Source: Candidatus Multivoradales bacterium (GTDB lineage: Bacteria > Acidobacteriota > Thermoanaerobaculia > Multivoradales > JAHEKO01). From it: a stretch of 64,000 nucleotides of DNA. The stretch lies in NCBI GenBank assembly GCA_965223855.1, contig CBDCXM010000008.1:288001-352000 (forward strand). Direction: 5' to 3'. The position numbers were made by a program, and so were the translations under genes. Positions 19,129 through 28,756 of this stretch are shown here, one piece after another (the first letter of the stretch is position 1; each line of letters begins with the position of its first letter). The notes beneath the pieces were generated by a model. That model saw nothing but the letters and a program-made list of their open reading frames with translations. It was not told the DNA's origin and searched no databases.

Positions 19129-20559
19129 ATGGCGACCGCGCGACCCGAGCCTTACAACGCTCTCTACGACCGCTATGCCTCGGCCGAGATGGCCGGGGTG
19201 TTTTCGCAGCAGCATCGTTACCGCCTCTGGAGGACGGTGTGGATTCATCTCGCCGCGGCGCAGCAGGAGCTGGGGCTGCCGATCAGCGACGACCAGATCG
19301 CGGCGCTCGAAGGGGCGGCGGACACGATCGACTTCGAGCGGGTGGCGGCGATCGAGGCACAGACGCGGCACGACGTCGTCGCCCATCTGCGCCACTTCGC
19401 CGAGCTCGCGGGAGACGCCGGCAGCATTCTCCACCTCGGGGCGACGAGTTCGTTCGTTACCGACAACACCGACGCGCTGCTGCTCAAGGAGGGCTTGGAG
19501 CTGCTGGAACGGCGGCTCGGCGCGGCGGTGCGGGCGCTGGCCGACTTCGCCGTCGAGCACCGCGCGCTGCCGGCGCTCGCCTACACCCACTTTCAGCCCG
19601 CTCAGCTGACGACGGTCGGCAAGCGCGCCTGTCTGTGGGCGCAGGACTTCCTCGAAGACCTGTCGGCGCTGCGACACCGGTTGGACGTGCTGCGCTGCCG
19701 CGGCGCCAAGGGGACGACCGGCACGCAGGCGAGCTACCTGACACTGTTCGACGGCGACCACGCGAAGGTCCGCGAGCTGGATCGTCGGATCGCGACGCGC
19801 CTCGGCTTTACCGCCAGCTACCCGATCACCGGTCAGACCTACCCGCGCAAGCAGGACTCCCAGGTGCTGGCGCTCCTCTCCGACATCGCCGCGTCGTGCC
19901 ACAAGTTCGGCACCGACCTGCGCCTGCTGCAGGGGGTCGGCGAGCTGTCCGAGCCGTTCGGCTCGAAGCAGGTCGGTTCGTCGGCGATGGCCTACAAGCG
20001 CAATCCGATCCGCGCCGAGCGGATGTGCGCGCTGGCGCGCCGGCTGATGACCGACGCCGTCAACGGGCCGCTGACCGCCTCCGTGCAGTGGCTCGAGCGT
20101 TCGCTCGACGACTCGGCGAACCGGCGATTGGTAGTCGGCGACGCCTTCCTGGTGGCCGACGCCATCCTCGGACTGGCGGCAGGCATCGGCGACGGCCTCG
20201 TGGTGCGCCCCGAGGCGATCGCCGCGCGGGTCGATCGCGAACTGCCGTTCATGGCGACCGAAACGCTGCTGATGGAGGGGACGGTGCGCGGCGGCGACCG
20301 CCAGGAGCTGCACGAGCGGATCCGCGAATACTCGATGGACGCCTACGCCGCGGTCTCGCGCGGCGAGGCGAACCCGTTGCTCGACGCGATCGTCGGCGAC
20401 GAAGCGTTCCGTCTGGGCCGCGACGAGGTCGAGGCGCTGGTCTCTCCGCAGGCGTTCGTCGGCCGCTCGGCGGAGCAGGTCGACGAGTTCGTCGCTGAGG
20501 AGGTCGAGCCGGCGCTCGCCGGCCTCGAACTCGCCGGCGTCGAGGAGCCTCGGGTCTGA
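19129..20559 (+). CDS. purB: Adenylosuccinate lyase
   Basis: [34 protein letters not shown]. Confidence 0.95.
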   Translation: MATARPEPYNALYDRYASAEMAGVFSQQHRYRLWRTVWIHLAAAQQELGLPISDDQIAALEGAADTIDFERVAAIEAQTRHDVVAHLRHFAELAGDAGSILHLGATSSFVTDNTDALLLKEGLELLERRLGAAVRALADFAVEHRALPALAYTHFQPAQLTTVGKRACLWAQDFLEDLSALRHRLDVLRCRGAKGTTGTQASYLTLFDGDHAKVRELDRRIATRLGFTASYPITGQTYPRKQDSQVLALLSDIAASCHKFGTDLRLLQGVGELSEPFGSKQVGSSAMAYKRNPIRAERMCALARRLMTDAVNGPLTASVQWLERSLDDSANRRLVVGDAFLVADAILGLAAGIGDGLVVRPEAIAARVDRELPFMATETLLMEGTVRGGDRQELHERIREYSMDAYAAVSRGEANPLLDAIVGDEAFRLGRDEVEALVSPQAFVGRSAEQVDEFVAEEVEPALAGLELAGVEEPRV

Positions 20560-20575
20560 GAGCGGGCGGCCGCTG

Positions 20576-21193
20576 ATGCGACTGGGCACCCTTGCCGCCC
20601 CCGGCCTCGTTGTGTTGCTGATCGTCACCGCGTCGGCCTGCGGCCCGCGACCGCCGCGCTCGGGCGGCGCATGGTCCGAGCGCGGCGTCGCCTCGTGGTA
20701 CGGCCCCGGCTTTCACGGCCGCCAGACCGCCAACGGCGAGCGCTACGACATGGAAGCGATGACGGCGGCGCACAAGACGCTGCCATTCGGCACGATGGTC
20801 GAGGTTCGCAACCTCGACAACGGCCGCACGGCGCGGGTTCGGATCAACGACCGGGGTCCGTTCGTGCGCGGACGGATCATCGACCTCTCGCGTGCCGCCG
20901 CGCGCGCGATCGAGATGCTCGGTCCAGGTACCGCCCGCGTCGAGATTCGCGCCGAGCTGCCGGCCCGCACCGACCCGAGCGTCGCCTACACGGTGCAGGT
21001 CGGCGCCTTTCGCGATCGCTCGCGCGCCGTCGAGCTGGCGGCACGACTGCAACGCCACTACGACGCGCGGATCGTCACCGAGGGTCGCCTCCACCGGGTG
21101 CGGGTCGGCGGCGACCTCAGTGCTCGCAAGGCGCGCGAGTTGGCGGCGCGGCTCCGACGCGACGGCTACGAAGCGGTCGTCGTCGGACGCTAG
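20576..21193 (+). CDS. rlpA: Septal ring lytic transglycosylase RlpA lipoprotein with SPOR domain
   Basis: Lipobox [30 protein letters not shown]. Confidence 0.93.
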   Translation: MRLGTLAAPGLVVLLIVTASACGPRPPRSGGAWSERGVASWYGPGFHGRQTANGERYDMEAMTAAHKTLPFGTMVEVRNLDNGRTARVRINDRGPFVRGRIIDLSRAAARAIEMLGPGTARVEIRAELPARTDPSVAYTVQVGAFRDRSRAVELAARLQRHYDARIVTEGRLHRVRVGGDLSARKARELAARLRRDGYEAVVVGR

Positions 21194-22278
21194 GATCTCT
21201 GCAGCCGCCGCATCCAGGCGCGGATGCCGTCGTTGAGGCGGCGCCGATCGTTGTGGCGCCGGCGGGCGATCTCGACCAGCCGGTCGACGAGCCGGTCGAT
21301 CGGAACGCCGCCGAGCTCCCACAGTCGCGGGTACATCGAGATCGACGTGAATCCGGGGAGGGTGTTGATCTCGTTGACGTAGATGTCTCCTTCCCCACCC
21401 AGGAGGAAGTCCACTCTCGCCATGCCGTTGCCGCCGATGGCGGCGAACGCCCGAAGCGCGATACCGCGCAGGGTGTCCGAAGTCGCCTCGTCCAGTGCCG
21501 CGGGCGCCTCGAGCTTCGCCGAGTCGCTCAGGTACTTGTCCTCGTAGTCGTAGAAGTCCTTCCCCGGAACGATCTCGCCGACCGGGGAGGCCTCGAGCTT
21601 GCGGTAGCCGAGCACCGCCACCTCGAGTTCGCGGCCGACGATGCCGCGCTCGACGAGGATCCGATCGCAGAAGCCGAACGCGAACTCGATCGCCTCCGAA
21701 AGCTCGCCCGGCTGAACGACCTTGCGCACGCCGACGCTCGAACCGCCGATCGCCGGTTTGACGAACAGAGGCCGACCCATCTGGACGATGTCGACGATGC
21801 ACGCCTCGGAATCGGCGTCCCAGCGCCGTCGGTCGAGCGCCACCGATTCGACCGTCCGCACGCCGACCGCCTCGAGGAGCCGCTTGCACTGGATCTTGTC
21901 CATCGCGATCGCGCTCGCCGCGACGTCGGCGCCGACATACGGCAGGTCGACCATCTCGAACAGCCCCTGCATCGTGCCGTCCTCTCCCCAGGTGCCGTGC
22001 ACCAGCGGGAAGACGGCGTCTAGCCTCGCCTCGAGCAGATGACGCAGCGTCGGCTGGATCGGGCTGTCGACGGCGGCGATCGTCTCGGTGTTCGACGTCA
22101 GCACGCCAGTCGACGTCGATTCGTCGATCCAGCAACCGTCGACCGAAATGCCGAGCGGCACGACGATGTGGCCTGCGCGCGCGAGCGCCGCCGCGACGGT
22201 GCGCGCCGACCGGATCGACACCTGGTGCTCGGTGCTGCGGCCGCCGAAGACGAGCCCTACCCTCAGCGGCAGCGTCAC
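21190..22278 (-). CDS. ddl: D-alanine--D-alanine ligase
   Basis: [36 protein letters not shown]. Confidence 0.95.
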   Translation of the reverse strand: MTLPLRVGLVFGGRSTEHQVSIRSARTVAAALARAGHIVVPLGISVDGCWIDESTSTGVLTSNTETIAAVDSPIQPTLRHLLEARLDAVFPLVHGTWGEDGTMQGLFEMVDLPYVGADVAASAIAMDKIQCKRLLEAVGVRTVESVALDRRRWDADSEACIVDIVQMGRPLFVKPAIGGSSVGVRKVVQPGELSEAIEFAFGFCDRILVERGIVGRELEVAVLGYRKLEASPVGEIVPGKDFYDYEDKYLSDSAKLEAPAALDEATSDTLRGIALRAFAAIGGNGMARVDFLLGGEGDIYVNEINTLPGFTSISMYPRLWELGGVPIDRLVDRLVEIARRRHNDRRRLNDGIRAWMRRLQRS

Positions 22279-22303
22279 GATCGACTCCGGTCTCGCATCA
22301 CGG

Positions 22304-23884
22304 TCACCCTTCCCCGAGATCGACCAGCCGCACCTCGCTCACCTCGTCGAAGGCGCGAATCGCCTCGAGCACGTCGGGAGGCGGTTCCTGGTCGAGCCGC
22401 ACCACTGCGACCGCCTCTTCTCCGCCCCCCTCGCGCGCGAGGTGGATCTCGGCGATGTTGACGTCGGCGCCGCCCAGGGTCGCGCCGAGCCGGCCGACCA
22501 CTCCGGGGACGTCGCGGTTGTGCATCACCAGCAGCTTCCCGGCCGGGCGAAACTCGAGCCGGTAGCCCTCGAAGCCGACCACGCGGGCATCTTCGTCGCC
22601 AAAGAGAGTCCCGTCGAGGCGCACCTCGCCGCCGCCGCTCTTCACCGTCACGCCGACGAGATGGGAGTAGGTATTGGGCCGCTGGTGAGAGGTGCGCACG
22701 ATGTCGATTCCTCGCCCCTCCGCCAGCCGTGCCGCGTTGACGAAGTTGACCGCCGGACCGAGGGCCGGCGTGAGCGCCCCCTTGACCGCCGCGACCGCGA
22801 TCGGGGTGTGGAGCTCGTCGGGAACGCCCCACAGATCGACCTTCACTTCCGTCAGGCCGCCGCCGAGGAGCGAGCTCGCGAGCCGGCCGAGCTGCTGACC
22901 GAGCTGGAGGAAGCGCTCGCCGGCCCTGCCGGTGGAACCGAACGGCAGGTTGACGGCGGTGACCGCCAACGAGCCGTCGAGAGCGCCGAGCACCATCTTC
23001 ACCGTGTCGGTGGCGACCCGCTCCTGCGCCTCGCGCGTCTGGGCGCCGATGTGAGGCGTGACGACCGCCCCCGGATGCTGCGCCAACGCCCAGTCGGTCG
23101 GCGGTTCCTGGCCGAAAACGTCGAGCGCGACTCCGGCCAACCGGCCGTCCTCGAGCGCCGCCAGCAGCGCAGCCTCGTCCACGACTCCGCCGCGCCCACA
23201 GTTGACGAGCCGCGCTCCCGGTTTCATCTGCGCCACCCGATCGGCGTCGATCAGGTTGCGCGTCTCGTCGGTGAGCGGGGTGTGGAGGGTGACGAAATCG
23301 GCTCGCGGCAGCAACTCGTCCAGCTCGAGGAGCTCGACATCGAGGCTGCGGGCGACCGCCGAATCGAGAAACGGGTCGTAGGCGAGGATCTGCATGTCGA
23401 AGGCGCGAGCGCGCGCCGCCACCGCCTGGCCGATACGACCAAAGCCGACGACGCCGAGCGTCTTGCCCTGGAGCTCCGTGCCGAGGAAGTCCTTGCGCCG
23501 CCACTCCTCGTTCTTGACCGAGCTGTTGGCGGCGGCGACGTTGCGCGCCATGGCCAGCATCAGGGCGAAGGTGTGCTCGGTCGCCGAGATCATGTTGGCG
23601 GTCGGAGCGTTGACGACCAGGATTCCCGCCTCGGTCGCGGCACGGATGTCGACGTTGTCGACGCCGATGCCGGCGCGACCGACGACCCGCAACCTGCCCC
23701 CCGCCTGCAGCAGGTCGGCGGTGACCTTGGTCCGACTCCGGACCACGAGGGCGTCGAAGTCGGCGAGCATGTCGCCTAGGCGCTCGCGCTCCTCGTCGGT
23801 GAGCTGATGCACCTCGGCACCGGCCTCCTCGAACATCCGCCAACCGCTCTCCTCGATCGGATCGGCAAGCAGTACCCGGTACAT
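22304..23884 (-). CDS. serA: D-3-phosphoglycerate dehydrogenase with ACT domain
   Basis: GRAGIGVDN, GFGRIG, TPHIGA, NRDVPGVVG. Confidence 0.94.
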   Translation of the reverse strand: MYRVLLADPIEESGWRMFEEAGAEVHQLTDEERERLGDMLADFDALVVRSRTKVTADLLQAGGRLRVVGRAGIGVDNVDIRAATEAGILVVNAPTANMISATEHTFALMLAMARNVAAANSSVKNEEWRRKDFLGTELQGKTLGVVGFGRIGQAVAARARAFDMQILAYDPFLDSAVARSLDVELLELDELLPRADFVTLHTPLTDETRNLIDADRVAQMKPGARLVNCGRGGVVDEAALLAALEDGRLAGVALDVFGQEPPTDWALAQHPGAVVTPHIGAQTREAQERVATDTVKMVLGALDGSLAVTAVNLPFGSTGRAGERFLQLGQQLGRLASSLLGGGLTEVKVDLWGVPDELHTPIAVAAVKGALTPALGPAVNFVNAARLAEGRGIDIVRTSHQRPNTYSHLVGVTVKSGGGEVRLDGTLFGDEDARVVGFEGYRLEFRPAGKLLVMHNRDVPGVVGRLGATLGGADVNIAEIHLAREGGGEEAVAVVRLDQEPPPDVLEAIRAFDEVSEVRLVDLGEG

Positions 23885-23894
23885 CGGCCCGCCC

Positions 23895-24995
23895 CTAGCT
23901 CGTCAGAACCGGCGCCGCGGCGAGGTCCGTCACGACTGTGGCGATGTCGTCGAAGAGGGCATCGAGATCATCGACCCGTACTTCGCCCATGTGCCCGATG
24001 CGAAAGGTCTCCGGCTTCCACTTCCCGTAGCCACCCCCGACCGTCACCCCGCGCGCCGCGAGGCCGGCGACCAGCTCCGGAGCGGCCACACCCTCGGGCG
24101 GCCGCAGACAGCTGACGGTGGGCGAGCTGTGCTCGGGCGTCGAGGCGTAGCGATAGCCGTTGGCCTCGGCCCAGGCGGCGGTATGCGCCCGCAGGTCGTG
24201 ATGGCGCTGCCAGCGAGCCTCGATCCCTTCGGCATCGATCACTTCGAGCTGCTTCTCCAGCGCCCACAGAATCGGGATCGGCGGCGTCGTGATGGTGCCG
24301 TCCTTCTCGTGGTTCGCCACATAGCGCAGCAGATCGGTATAGAAGCCGCGCAACGGCTTGGCGGCGGCCTTCTCCCGCGCCCGCTCGGAGAGCGTGAAGG
24401 CGACGATGCCGGGCGGCACCGCCATCGCCTTCTGGGTGCCGGCGAGAGCGAGGTCGATCCCCCAGGCGTCGTTCTCCATCCGGGCGCCGCCGAGGCCGGA
24501 GACGCAGTCGACGAAGACCAGGGCGTCGCTCTCTTCCCTCACCGCCGCAGCGAGCTGCTCGAGAGGATTCAGCACTCCGGTCGACGTCTCGTTGTGGGTG
24601 ATGGTGACGGCGTCGTAGCGCTTGCGGCGCAGCGCCTCCCGCAACAGGTCGGGGTCGATCGCCTCACCCCACGGCGCCGTCAGCTCATCCGCGTCGAACC
24701 CGTGGCTGCGCGAGATCGCCAGCCAGCGCTCGGCGAACGAGCCACAGGTGCAGTGGAGCACCGACCCGGTGACGGTCGAGACCACCGCGCTCTCCATCAC
24801 CAGCGTCGCGCTCGACGAGGCGAGCAACACGTCTCCCTCGGTGCGCAGCAGGCGCTGAAGCGGGGGCTGCAGGCGTCGGTAGAGCTCCTTGAAGGGAGCC
24901 CCGCGGTGGCCGATCGCCTCGGCGGTCATGGCCTCACGGACCGGTTCGGAGACGTAGGTCGGGCCGGGCAGAAAGAAGCGGATGCGCTCGCTCAT
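23895..24995 (-). CDS. Class V PLP aminotransferase (serine-pyruvate/AGAT family; likely phosphoserine aminotransferase role)
   Basis: LPGPT, HNETSTG, VDCVS, GTQKA, FRIGHMG; adjacent to serA. Confidence 0.88.
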   Translation of the reverse strand: MSERIRFFLPGPTYVSEPVREAMTAEAIGHRGAPFKELYRRLQPPLQRLLRTEGDVLLASSSATLVMESAVVSTVTGSVLHCTCGSFAERWLAISRSHGFDADELTAPWGEAIDPDLLREALRRKRYDAVTITHNETSTGVLNPLEQLAAAVREESDALVFVDCVSGLGGARMENDAWGIDLALAGTQKAMAVPPGIVAFTLSERAREKAAAKPLRGFYTDLLRYVANHEKDGTITTPPIPILWALEKQLEVIDAEGIEARWQRHHDLRAHTAAWAEANGYRYASTPEHSSPTVSCLRPPEGVAAPELVAGLAARGVTVGGGYGKWKPETFRIGHMGEVRVDDLDALFDDIATVVTDLAAAPVLTS

Positions 24996-25030
24996 CGTCG
25001 CTCGGATTGTCGCACCGCCTCCGGCGGGTT

Positions 25031-26203
25031 TCAATCGTAGAGCAGGATCGCGGCCGTCTCCTCGCGAAACGCCGTCTCGTCCGCTTCCCAGCTCGCGATC
25101 CAGTCGCCGACATCGGCGCCGGATTCGACGGCGACACGAAACTCGTCGTTCCCGGTCAGCAGGTCGATCGCCGGCTTCTCGGTCACGAACTCGTACGGCT
25201 CGTGACGCCACTCGAACGCATCCCCACCCTGTGCAGCGAGCAGAGCGATGAGCTCGACGCCGAGCTCGTACGCCGGAACCGCCCGCGGATCGACGACCTC
25301 GAGAGTCAGGCCAACGCAGGCGGCGCCCGCGTGCTTCTGGAACTGGGGTCGGAAGGAGTGCGGCGCGACGGCGACACCCGGATGCTGCTGCTCCGCCAGC
25401 GCGGAGGCGAGCCGGGGGCCGTCGAGGCCGGGAGCGCCGATCCACTGGAACGGCCTCGTCGTCCCACGCCCCTCGGAGATCGTCGTCGCCTCGACCAGGC
25501 AGAGCCCTGGGTAGAGGACGGCACCGGCGAACGTCGGCAGGTTGGGCGACGGCGGCACCCAGGGGCGTCCGGTGTCCGGCCACAGCATGTCGCGGTGCCA
25601 CCCCTCCATCGTCACGACCCGCCATTCGCCGGACCAGCGGCGGCGGCCGGCCTCGAGCGAGAGCAGCTCGCCGAGCGTCAAACTGTGGCGGGCCGGCAGG
25701 GCGAAGGCGCTGACGAACGACTCGAAGCCGGGGCGACGAAGGTTGCCCTCCACCGTCAGCCCTCCGAGGGGATTCGGTCGATCGAGCAGCCATACTTCGC
25801 ACCCGGCGCCGAGCGCCACCTCCGCTGCCCAGATCGCCGTTGCCGCATAGGTGTAGTAGCGGGCCCCGACGTCCTGGAGGTCGATCAGCAGCAGGTCGAG
25901 GTCGGAGAAGACGGCGGCCGACGGCACGAGGGAGCCCTCGTCGTCGCCGTAGAGCGACACGATCGGCAGACCGGTCCACGGGTCGGTCTCGTCGCCCGAA
26001 GCCACCATGTCCTGTTCGATGCCGTAGAAGCCGTGCTCCGGGCCGAGGAGGCGAGCGGGCCGCTCGGCGTCGCGCTCGTGGAGAGCGAGGTGCGCCGGCT
26101 GGAGGTCGGCATCGACCGCGGCGGTGTGCGAGAGGAGGGCGTAGCGGCGCCCCCGGAGTTCCGTCGGATCGGCGAGCAGACGATCGAGCCCGGTCCGGAT
26201 CAC
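25031..26203 (-). CDS. Exo-beta-N-acetylmuramidase NamZ family (DUF1343)
   Basis: GPEHG, DLQDVGARYYTY, LDRPNP, PSPN, SEGRGTTRPF. Confidence 0.88.
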   Translation of the reverse strand: MIRTGLDRLLADPTELRGRRYALLSHTAAVDADLQPAHLALHERDAERPARLLGPEHGFYGIEQDMVASGDETDPWTGLPIVSLYGDDEGSLVPSAAVFSDLDLLLIDLQDVGARYYTYAATAIWAAEVALGAGCEVWLLDRPNPLGGLTVEGNLRRPGFESFVSAFALPARHSLTLGELLSLEAGRRRWSGEWRVVTMEGWHRDMLWPDTGRPWVPPSPNLPTFAGAVLYPGLCLVEATTISEGRGTTRPFQWIGAPGLDGPRLASALAEQQHPGVAVAPHSFRPQFQKHAGAACVGLTLEVVDPRAVPAYELGVELIALLAAQGGDAFEWRHEPYEFVTEKPAIDLLTGNDEFRVAVESGADVGDWIASWEADETAFREETAAILLYD

Positions 26204-26736
26204 GGCCGCTCCTCCGGAGCGCGCCGGAAGTCGCCGTGCACCCCTCCACTCTTCGACTCGAGTCGGAGGTCGGTGACCTGCGCCCCCTTCTCCACCGCCT
26301 TGACCATGTCGTACAGCGTCAGGGCGGCGGCGGCACACGCGGTCAGCGCCTCCATCTCCGCTCCGGTGCGCGCGTGACAGGAGACGCGGCTGTCGATCCG
26401 CACACCGTCGTCGAGGAGCGAGAAGTCCACCGCGATCTCGTCCAGCGGAAGCGGATGCGCCAGAGGGATCCACTCGGGCGTCCGCTTGGCTGCCTGGATG
26501 CCCGCCACCCGGGCTACGGCGAGGGCGTCGCCCTTGGGAAGCTCCGACAGACGGGCGACGGTCTCACCGCTCATCAGGATGCGGCACGAGGCATGCGCCT
26601 CCCGCCGGCTCGTCGGCTTGCCGCCGACGTCGACCATACGCGCGCGCCCGCTCTCGTCGAGGTGAGAGAAACCACCGTCGTCGGCGGCGGCGTCCGGGTG
26701 GTCGGTGGAATCGGAGCGAGAGCTGTCGGAAGTCAT
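26200..26736 (-). CDS. moaC: Cyclic pyranopterin monophosphate synthase
   Basis: SHLD…MVDV, KGD, TGAEMEAL, YDMVKA, KSGG. Confidence 0.94.
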   Translation of the reverse strand: MTSDSSRSDSTDHPDAAADDGGFSHLDESGRARMVDVGGKPTSRREAHASCRILMSGETVARLSELPKGDALAVARVAGIQAAKRTPEWIPLAHPLPLDEIAVDFSLLDDGVRIDSRVSCHARTGAEMEALTACAAAALTLYDMVKAVEKGAQVTDLRLESKSGGVHGDFRRAPEERP

Positions 26737-26768
26737 CGGCGGGCCGGTATGCTAGCAGCGGCCTCGCC

Positions 26769-27569
26769 GTGTCTCGCGCACCCTGCGAGGTCCCTTCTGC
26801 ACTGGTCCCCCAGGAACGGACTCCTCTCCTGACTACCGAAGCCCACTCCACCGAGCGTCCGTCGAGCCGCCGCCTCAGTATCGTCGTGCCGACGCTCGAC
26901 GAGGCCGAAGCGCTACGACCATGCCTGGAGAGCGCAATGCGCCTCGCCGACCAGGTGGTCGTTTCGGACGGTGGTTCGAAAGACGGCACGCCCGAGCTCG
27001 CCCGCAGTCTCGGTGCCGAGGTCGTCAACGGGGCTTCCGGTCGCGGCGCCCAGCTCAACCGGGGCGCCCGAGCCACAGATGGCGACGTGATCCTGTTCCT
27101 TCACGGCGACACGATCCTTCCGACGGACCTCCGCGGGCAGATCGAAGCGGCGCTCGACCGCGGCTGTATCGGCGGAGGAAGCCTCATCCGGTTCGACGTC
27201 GCAGGGCCTCTGCTGCGCTTCGGTGAGCGCTGGATCAACGGCCGGACCCGGCTGTTTCGCGTGCCGCTCGGCGACCAGGCGCAGTTCGTCACCCGCGAGG
27301 GCTTCGAGGCGGTCGGCGGCTTCCAGGAGTGGCCGATCCTCGAGGATCTCGATCTGATCCGCCGGCTGGGGCGCCACGGCAGGGTGGTCGTCCTGCCGGG
27401 GCCGGTCGTCACGTCGTCGCGCCGCTTCCGCAGCGGCGGGGTCCTCGCGACCCTGGCGAGAAACTGGACAATCTGGACACTCTTCCTGTTCGGCGTCTCT
27501 CCGCAGCGACTCGTCCGCCTCTATGCACCCCGCACACACCGACCCGACCTGCCCGAGCGAGAGCGATGA
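26769..27569 (+). CDS. GT2 glycosyltransferase (TIGR04283-like); start uncertain
   Basis: SIVVPTLDE, DGGSKD, GRGAQLNRGA, LFLHGD, GDQ, TSSRR. Confidence 0.85.
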   Translation: MSRAPCEVPSALVPQERTPLLTTEAHSTERPSSRRLSIVVPTLDEAEALRPCLESAMRLADQVVVSDGGSKDGTPELARSLGAEVVNGASGRGAQLNRGARATDGDVILFLHGDTILPTDLRGQIEAALDRGCIGGGSLIRFDVAGPLLRFGERWINGRTRLFRVPLGDQAQFVTREGFEAVGGFQEWPILEDLDLIRRLGRHGRVVVLPGPVVTSSRRFRSGGVLATLARNWTIWTLFLFGVSPQRLVRLYAPRTHRPDLPERER

Positions 27570-28756
27570 AACTGATCTCCGACACCGATACCCTCCAGCG
27601 CCTCACCGGGAGGCTCGCCGCGGCACCCTACGTGGCGGTCGACACCGAGTTCCTGCGGGAACGCACCTACTGGGCTCAACTGTGCCTGGTGCAGGTCGCA
27701 CACGGTGACGAGGCCGCCGCAATCGATCCGCTCGCCCGCGGCATCGACCTGTCTCCGCTGTGGGAGCTCCTCGCCGACCCGAGGGTGGTGAAGGTGTTCC
27801 ACTCAGCCTCTCAGGACATGGAAGTTCTGCTGCGAGAGACGGGAGCTGTGCCGACGCCGGTCTTCGACACCCAGATCGCCGCCATGGTCGCCGGCTACGG
27901 CGACCAGGTCGGCTACGCGGCGCTCGCTTCCGAGATCGCCGGAGCGACCCTCGACAAGGCCTCGCAGCGCACCGACTGGTCGCGCCGGCCGCTGACCGAC
28001 CGCCAGATCGCCTATGCGATTTCCGACGTCACCCACCTGTGCACGATCTACGAGACCCTCGAGCGTCAATTGACGACCAGCGGCCGCTCCGAGTGGGTGA
28101 GAACGGAGATGGACCGACTCGCGGAGCCGTCGCTCTATCGGACCGAACCGGATGAGGCCTACCGCCGGCTCAAGGTCCGCCGTCCCAGCCGGCGCACGCT
28201 GCAGGTGCTGCGTGCGGTCGCCGCGTGGCGGGAGCGAACGGCGCAGCAGCGCGACAAACCGCGACCCTGGATCCTCAAGGACGACGCGGTGATCGAGATC
28301 GCTACGCACGCTCCCGGTTCGGCCGGTGAGCTCGAGAGGGTTCGCGGCCTGCGACGTGAGACGGCCCACGGTCGCGACGGCCGCGCCCTGCTGGAGGCGG
28401 TCAGGGAGGCGCTGGCGGTGCCGGAGAGCGAGTGGCCCGAGGTGCCGCCTCGCAAGCGGCCTTTGCGAGCCAACGACGACCTCGTCGCCCTCCTTCAGGC
28501 GCTCCTCAAGCTGCGATGCAAGGAACACGACGTCGCCCCGAAGCTCGTGGCCACTCGCGCCGAGCTCGATCGGATCTCCGCGACCGACGAGCCCGATCTG
28601 CGCCCGCTGACCGGCTGGCGCCGGGAGATCTTCGGCGCCGACGCTCTCGCTCTGAAAGCGGGCAGGCTGGCACTCACGGTCGATGGCGACCAGGTGCGCG
28701 TCGTGCGACTCGAGGACTCGGCGCCCCCCGCCGCCCCTCGAGAAGCCGGCCTGTGA
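27566..28756 (+). CDS. rnd: Ribonuclease D
   Basis: VDTEFLRERTYWAQLCLVQ, FDTQIAA, DWSRRPL, HRDC region, GWRRE. Confidence 0.94.
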   Translation: MKLISDTDTLQRLTGRLAAAPYVAVDTEFLRERTYWAQLCLVQVAHGDEAAAIDPLARGIDLSPLWELLADPRVVKVFHSASQDMEVLLRETGAVPTPVFDTQIAAMVAGYGDQVGYAALASEIAGATLDKASQRTDWSRRPLTDRQIAYAISDVTHLCTIYETLERQLTTSGRSEWVRTEMDRLAEPSLYRTEPDEAYRRLKVRRPSRRTLQVLRAVAAWRERTAQQRDKPRPWILKDDAVIEIATHAPGSAGELERVRGLRRETAHGRDGRALLEAVREALAVPESEWPEVPPRKRPLRANDDLVALLQALLKLRCKEHDVAPKLVATRAELDRISATDEPDLRPLTGWRREIFGADALALKAGRLALTVDGDQVRVVRLEDSAPPAAPREAGL